Origin: Octopus vulgaris | Taxonomy: Eukaryota | Direction of reading: 5' to 3' | DNA length: 64,000 bases | Assembly: GCA_951406725.2 (NCBI GenBank) | Contig: OX597824.1 | Coordinates: forward strand, 58,466,001-58,530,000 | Shown here: piece by piece, positions 56,700 through 64,000 of the stretch | How positions within the stretch are numbered: the first letter of the stretch is position 1 | How the letters are laid out: every line of letters begins with the position of its first letter | Position numbers and translations under genes: made by a program | Notes under the pieces: model-generated | Databases searched by the model: none | What the model was told of the DNA's origin: nothing | What the model saw: only the letters and a program-made list of their open reading frames with translations

Positions 56700-57217
56700 C
56701 TATTATGAAGTAAATACTAAGATTCTATTGTAATAGATAGTTGTTACGATCAGTCACCAATTAGAGACACCAACGTAACAATAGCCATGTGTCTATCGCT
56801 GCATGAGTAACAACGTTAGTGATTCCATTACACAGTTCCTGCTATTACGTCTGATCAAATTAAACTTTATAATTTGTTTCTGCTATTTTAAGTTGTTTAT
56901 TTTTTTATATCCCCAAGATGATTTGTAATTCACTTCACGCTGCCAAGATTGGTTATTAATATTCTACAAATATTACTGGCTGTAATGATTTCAAATTACA
57001 CCCACTTCACCCTATACCCTCCACTCACAGTAGGGGTTAAAATTGTGTTCAAAATACCAAGAGGTAGGGTTAAATCGATTTCAAATTACCTCTGGGTGGT
57101 ACCTGGAAGGTAATTTCATTTCACCGCATATACTTTCAGAATATTTATTTATTTATTTATCACTATCAATCCTTGCAGCAGTACCAGAGCATCAGCAACA
57201 GTAGTTGTTGTTGTAGC

Positions 57218-57353
<136 letters not shown>

Positions 57354-57394
57354 CCATTAATAGTAATAGTAATAGTAGTACCGGCGGCAGCAGC

Positions 57395-57435
<41 letters not shown>

Positions 57436-58952
57436 AGCATATGGAACAAGATTTGGTCTAACGCAAGGGCTTAATATGAAACTGAATTCAGGTTGCCAGC
57501 ATGTAACGTGAAATGGTGAGCGTAGTAGTCAGCAGTCTTTACACCGGTAAACGAGAATAAAAACCATAAGTACTCGTTTGAATATGTGTTGATATTTCTT
57601 CCGTGGTGAAATTTGCCGTCCATTCCTTCAGATCCGATAAATCAAACAGCAATCCTCGGTGCTATTGCACTCTGGTGCTTGTAAAGACCGAAGCGAATGC
57701 AATACGGTGCTAATGCAGTCCGTTGTAAGTACAGGTTGGTGTTAGTGTCGCTCGGTGCTAACACAGTCTTCTCTCACTCCCGCTGTCACATCCACCTCGA
57801 TATTTTACTGGATCTAGGGTGGAGAAAGCTGAAAGATTGTGTTTTTGGAGATAACTAAAGCATGACGGCTCAAAAATCGATGGTTTGTTTTATTTCTTGG
57901 GATTTTGGCTATCTCCGAATTTAGTAAATATAGATGAGTCAAGGAGTTGCTTATTATTTTTTAGCTGATCTTTTGAGACTGGTTGGCAGGAATGACACAA
58001 AAATGAACATCTAGACTCAATTCTTGCAAAACAATGGTATTTTTAACACTGTGAAGGATTAGGCCTACCATCAAGGCACAAATACATGACACCCAACGGG
58101 CTCTCACAGTCCTTTCTTTTTTGACTCAGTATTACGCCCCAGGTTTCGGTCTGCTTTAGCAGAATAAACTTGCCTAATTTGCCAGTCATCACTAAGTTGA
58201 GCCGAACCCAAAGCGTCGCTATTGCAGAGATTACTGTTTAACCATGCGACTCTGGAGTGAAAGAGTTTGAAAACAGCTATGGGTTTCTTCATGGCAATCT
58301 AAATCGTTTGAAATAAAAAGAAGAAAAAAAGAAAATGAAGAATTCATCTCTTCCAGGATTGGGTTTCAATAAAAACAATTGGAACAAAGCCGATACACCA
58401 TTAAATCAATTGCACCTCTCTATTCTATCGTAAGAAATGCTAATGCGTTTGTATTTTAGTATGGTTAGGGTGATGCATAACAATTGGATGGCGTGAAATC
58501 TGTTCATCATTGCAATTACAGCTGGTCTAGACACTGTTTGTGTATACAGTGATAAAACGATATTGTCACATGATAAACAGTATATTATTTATGCCATATC
58601 ACCTTTTCTTAAAACACATTATAATAACCTATAACGTCTATTTGGTTCAGCTGGAATATTCATAAGAATGCAGCTGGTCTTAGGAAGAATTCTCTTGTCT
58701 GCGACAGAGAAAGAAAGGAAGAAAGAAAGAGAAAAGAAAAGAGAGGAGAAGGAAGAAGGAAGGTGGATGAATGAAGAGATGGATGGGGAGTGGGAAAGTA
58801 AAACCAACAACAAAGTTGGGGGAAAAAGAAAAAAATATAAAAATTTTAAATCGCTCAAGCAAACCAATGTCTCCTAAACAGATTGTAACATACATGTGTA
58901 TGTGTATGTGTATTTATATACATATATAGATAGATACACATATAAATATATG

Positions 58953-58995
<43 letters not shown>

Positions 58996-59939
58996 GTATA
59001 TGTATTACGCATGTACATAAATACACATAGACATATATACATAGAAATGTGTGCATCTGTGCATGTATGCATATATATGCGTGTGTGCGTGAGTTTACAC
59101 ACACACATATATATATATGCAGACATGCATGCACACATATCTATGTGTATATGAATATATGTAGTGGTGGTGGTGGTGGTGGTGGAGGTGGTGGTTGTGG
59201 TGGTAGCGGCGGCGGCTAAATCTAGAAAGACATTTCAAAACAAACAACAACGAAGATAGAATCCAGTGAGGACAGACAGAATGTTGTAAATGTAACATCT
59301 GTTCAATGTAACTGTTGTATGTTCCACTGCGACTGTTTGTTTGTTCAGCTTATTGCTGTAACTGTAATAGAATATCGGAGAAAGGTACCCGGGCTCGGGT
59401 GGCCAACGAGATGATACAACACACCTTCAAATCCCATCACAACAACAATAACAGCAATACACTGAAGACTGCTTTGGAAATTAAAAGTGTTTTTGTATCC
59501 CAAAACAAATTAATTAAACTGTAATTTGAGCATGCTCATCATGTGTCTCCTTATCTGCCTTAGCTACACATCTATATATATATGCTTATTTATGTATATA
59601 TGTGTTTTTACATATATTACATATATATGTATGTATGTGTGTGAAGAATTATATCGATGATGAACAGTCATTATGGCTTTTACTAATATTATGAATGACA
59701 GTTGATAGAAATCTGATATAGCGACTGGTGTCACTTATAACAAAGCGATTAAAGAAGTTCAGATTTGCGGGACGTGTTGCACTTTGAAAGAGAAAAGTAC
59801 TTTCGTTCTATATACGCATGCATGCATGCATGCATCCATCCATCCATACATACATACATATATACATACATACATCGTTACATACATACATATATATATA
59901 TATATATACACATATATATATATACATATATATGTATAT

Positions 59940-59970
<31 letters not shown>

Positions 59971-59989
59971 CACATATATGTATATATAC

Positions 59990-60036
<47 letters not shown>

Positions 60037-60037
60037 G

Positions 60038-60098
<61 letters not shown>

Positions 60099-60113
60099 TA
60101 TGTATATGTATAT

Positions 60114-60320
60114 AAAGTTAATCTAAACATGAAAACACAAAGAGAAAATACAACAACGCGAGGACTTGGAACAAATATAGTATTATTGGACGCTCAGGAA
60201 GGAAGGGAAGAAGGAGGGTTTTACGTTTGGAGTGGAGCTCTTCGTCAGAAACATAGGAAAAAGAAAGATCCAGAGAAGGGAAGACGGAGGAAAAAAAATC
60301 GCCAACGGTACACACGCGAT
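60114..60320 (-). mobile_element. Short (TA)n-inserted repeat with minimal hammerhead (GAAA mutated to CAAA)
   Basis: 60218-60252: gttt-CUGACGA-a-gagc(tcc)actc-CAAA-cg-UA-aaac; homologous to 41201-41395. Confidence 0.7.
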
Positions 60321-60429
60321 ATGAAAGTATATATTCTTTTACTTGTTTCAGTCATTTCCCTGCGGCCATGATGGATCACCGTATATGTATGTGTATGTAT
60401 GCGTGTGTATAGATGTGTGAGTGTATGTA

Positions 60430-61228
60430 TGTACGTATGTATGTTATTATTCAGTTTATTTCAACTGTCTATAGAGAAAGAACCGGTTTCTAAGCTAGAT
60501 CCAAGGTTCTTTCATTGGAATTTCAACATCAACAGTGTATTTTTGCATGTATATATGTATGTATGTTTGTATGTATGTATGTATGTATGTATGTATGTAT
60601 GTATGTATGTATGTATGTATTATGTATGTTTGTATGTATGTATATATGTATGCGCAGATTTCTATGCTTTATGTATGTATTCTCATGCATATAATTGCAT
60701 ACCTATACATGCTCATATATATTTAAATGATAAACTTCTGGAAAGTTTTACAGATTTGTGCAGTTCATGTGATGAATTGGATCTGTAGTCTTCGAATTAG
60801 CTTTTTCCTTAATGGTTTTGAGAAGCCTAATTTTTCAAGATTAGTATTTAAGCAGTGTGTTACATATCCCAGGGCCCAATAGTTATAGGTATAAACGTGA
60901 ACTTATAATCTGGATAAAGTAACTGTACATTTCTCAATAGTTCAGCATAGGTGTTCTCGTTTACACCGATCTTCAGCTTTATGTTAACATCTGCTGGGCA
61001 ATAATTGTTTTCGTTTTAGGTAGAGGTGGTCTACGTCACTGTTTAAGTGGAAATTATGCGTGCTTGTTCGTCTTTTTCGGGTTTTCATATCAATGACTCG
61101 GATATCATCAAGCGTCCAGTCAAGCAACCGGAATGTTGGTATGAGTATTGACACTGCAAACACACTGTGGGCCACTGTTTTATTGATTGCAGAGAGTTCT
61201 GACATCCAAATTATCTTTATTCGGTTCT
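60430..61228 (-). mobile_element. Internally deleted R4/Dong-type element flanked by (CATA)n
   Basis: LDWTLDDIRVIDMKTRK...DVDHLYL fused to ENTYAELLRNVQLLYPDYKFTFIPI...LIRRLQIQ. Confidence 0.8.
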
Positions 61229-61310
61229 ATGTATGTTTGTATGTATGTATGTATGTATGTATGTATGTATGTATGTATGTATGTATGTATGTATGTATGT
61301 ATGTATGTGT

Positions 61311-61757
61311 GTGTGTATAGATGTGTGAGTGTATGTATGTACGTATGTATGTTATTATTCAGTTTATTTCAACTGTCTATAGAGAAAGAACCGGTTTCTA
61401 AGCTAGATCCAAGGTTCTTTCATTGGAATTTCAACATCAACAGTGTATTTTTGCATGTATATATGTATGTATGTTTGTATGTATGTATGTATGTATGTAT
61501 GTATGTATGTATGTATGTATGTATGTATTGTATGTTTGTATGTATGTATATATGTATGCGCAGATTTCTATGCTTTATGTATGTATTCTCATGCATATAA
61601 TTGCATACCTATACATGCTCATATATATTTAAATGATAAACTTCTGGAAAGTTTTACAGATTTGTGCAGTTCATGTGATGAATTGGATCTGTAGTCTTCG
61701 AATTAGCTTTTTCCTTAATGGTTTTGAGAAGCCTAATTTTTCAAGATTAGTATTTAA
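61311..61757. repeat. Near-identical duplicate of 60403-60851
   Basis: Includes the same flanking microsatellite variant and the same in-frame stop. Confidence 0.9.
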
Positions 61758-61949
61758 TCGCTACGCTCTGAGTTCAAATTCCGCCGATGTTGACTTTGCT
61801 TTTCATCCTTTTGGGATCGATAAATTAAGTACCAATGAAACGCTGGAGCTTGAGGAAATCGATTAGTCCACTCCCCAACAATTTCAGGCCTTGTGCCTAT
61901 AGTGGAGTTTTCTGGTTAATATATACATTATTTCGTTATTGCTCACAGG

Positions 61950-62145
61950 GAGCTAAACATAAATTATATTGACCCCAGTGCGTAACTGGTACTTATTTAA
62001 TCGACCCTGAAAGGATGAAAGGCAAAGTCGACGACGGCGGAATTTGAACTCAGAATGCAGCGGCGGACGAAATACCACAAAGCATTTCGCCCGGCGTGCT
62101 AACGTTTCTGCCAGCACATCGCCGTTCTGCCAGTTCACCGCCTTC
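61950..62145 (-). mobile_element. SINE family B (partial plus-strand copy at about 61760-61900)
   Basis: Head ggcggtgaactggcagaa, B box gagttcaaattcc. Confidence 0.8.
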
Positions 62146-62394
62146 TGGTTACATATATATATTGTTCCTGTCTAACGGCTGGTCAGCATACATTATGTAG
62201 ATATTTTATGAAAGGTGCTCCACTTGTGACGAACACATCATTTATCTGATTGGTTTTTTTCTTTAAGAGAATGGGATGGGATTTGACAGGGATGTGGCTG
62301 ATATCCTTAGCAGTGTTGACAACTGAACAGGCTCTTGCGGTTCGAAGTAGTAGTAATAGTATCAGCAGCAGCAATAGCAATAGTGTCAATAGTT

Positions 62395-62444
<50 letters not shown>

Positions 62445-63102
62445 TGTAGTAGTAGGAAGAGAAGTAATATTGGTAGGTTTTTCATGTGTTGTTGGGTTTT
62501 GATTTCATTTTGTTTACGCAATATATGAAGGCATAAAAGAATACGCAAAACAAAACCACAACAACGAAGTAAAACGCGAAATCAAGAGGATAACATTACA
62601 AAGTAGTAGTAGTAGTAGTAGTAGTAGTAGCAGTAGTAGTAGTAATCTAAATACAATAAAATATAAAAAAAAGATTTATACAGATTTCTTAAGCGGAAAC
62701 GGAAATTAAATTGCTTGTTTGAGTCATATGATGTGGAAAAAGAGAAATATGGGGGCGAGCGGAGATTGAGGAAGAAACAAACACACACACACATGTACAA
62801 ACATATATATACATAAAGAGAGGGACAGAGAGAGACAGAGAGACAGAGAGAAAGATACAGAGAAAGAGATGGAGAGAGAGAGAGAGAACAAAAAATAGTA
62901 AAATACACAGAGAACAGTAACATACATACATATATACGAAAGAGACCAATAGAATAAATATCAGGTTTTAAAATTTCTACCGGTCGATACACCAACATGG
63001 CTGCAATCTAATGACTGAAACAAGTAAAAAGTAAAAGAGATACATGCATTCATACATACATACTTACATACATATACATAGATATTTGAGTGTGTGCGTA
63101 TT

Positions 63103-63170
<68 letters not shown>

Positions 63171-63413
63171 CATACAAACATACATACATGCACACATACA
63201 AACATGCATGCTTGCATACATACATACATACATACATACATGCATACATACATACATGCATACATACATACATAAAACATATGTACGAAATGAAAGAGAA
63301 ACAGAAACAAGAAAGAGATAATCGTTCGTTTACTATTTCTTTTCCTTTATTTCGTCTTTTATTCATTTTTCTCTTTCCATCACCACCATTACTACTACTA
63401 CTACTACTACTAC

Positions 63414-63472
<59 letters not shown>

Positions 63473-63854
63473 TCTTTACCACCATCACCACCACATCACC
63501 AGTTATATTACTAGTAGTAGTTATATTTATATCTATTCGAAATTCCCTATTCCCTCTCTCATTCATTATTTCTGCCTCTCTACCTCTCACTTGCCTCTCG
63601 CTCTCTGAATAATTTTACCATTCAATACGCAGCTCGTTACAATTATATTGAAGCACCAATGAAAATTATTTTTCTCCTGAGTTTTGAGGAAGTCACACAG
63701 TTTTGTGTACATTTACGTATAAAGATTACAGGTATATATATATACATGGGGAGAGAAAGAGAGAAAGATTGATAGATAGATAAGTAGACATATAGATACA
63801 TGGAGACGTACACATATATATATATATATATATATATTTATATGTGTGTATATA

Positions 63855-63934
<80 letters not shown>

Positions 63935-64000
63935 GTGAAATAGAAAGATGAATAATCTTGTAGTAGATTAATCAAAAGTTTAACCGATACCTTAGTAGCA

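Noticed and set aside
57663-57765. Two small G-U-rich hairpins as an ncRNA or miRNA
   Set aside because: Stems too short and no recognisable family
59458-59490. aca-CUGAAGA...GAAA...tgt
   Set aside because: No valid stem III or cleavage triplet

Overview
Eukaryotic, AT-rich, microsatellite-dense intergenic or intronic DNA. The tRNA-derived SINE families look like those of Octopus (inference from recall, not a database hit). No intact host protein-coding gene is recognisable, and most ORFs in the track are translations of (TA)n/(CA)n/(TATG)n/(AAT)n tracts. The window is a graveyard of nested transposons: a full-length mariner inside an R4/Dong-type retroelement, two Tc1 relics, MITEs, a Helitron fragment, CR1 and RTE LINE fragments, Penelope-like (GIY-YIG) remnants, a decayed Gypsy element, three SINE families and a ~560-bp non-coding element found only in (AAT)n. 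The most notable unannotated signal is a set of about ten type I hammerhead-ribozyme motifs from several sequence families. They have palindromic stem III and mostly sit just upstream of (TA)n tracts. Two lie in a 436-bp-period direct repeat (retrozyme-like unit), and another pair shows a compensatory change in stem I. Several long inverted repeats are also present, including a perfect 125-bp-arm palindrome. All structures were read by eye, and boundaries of degenerate elements are approximate.
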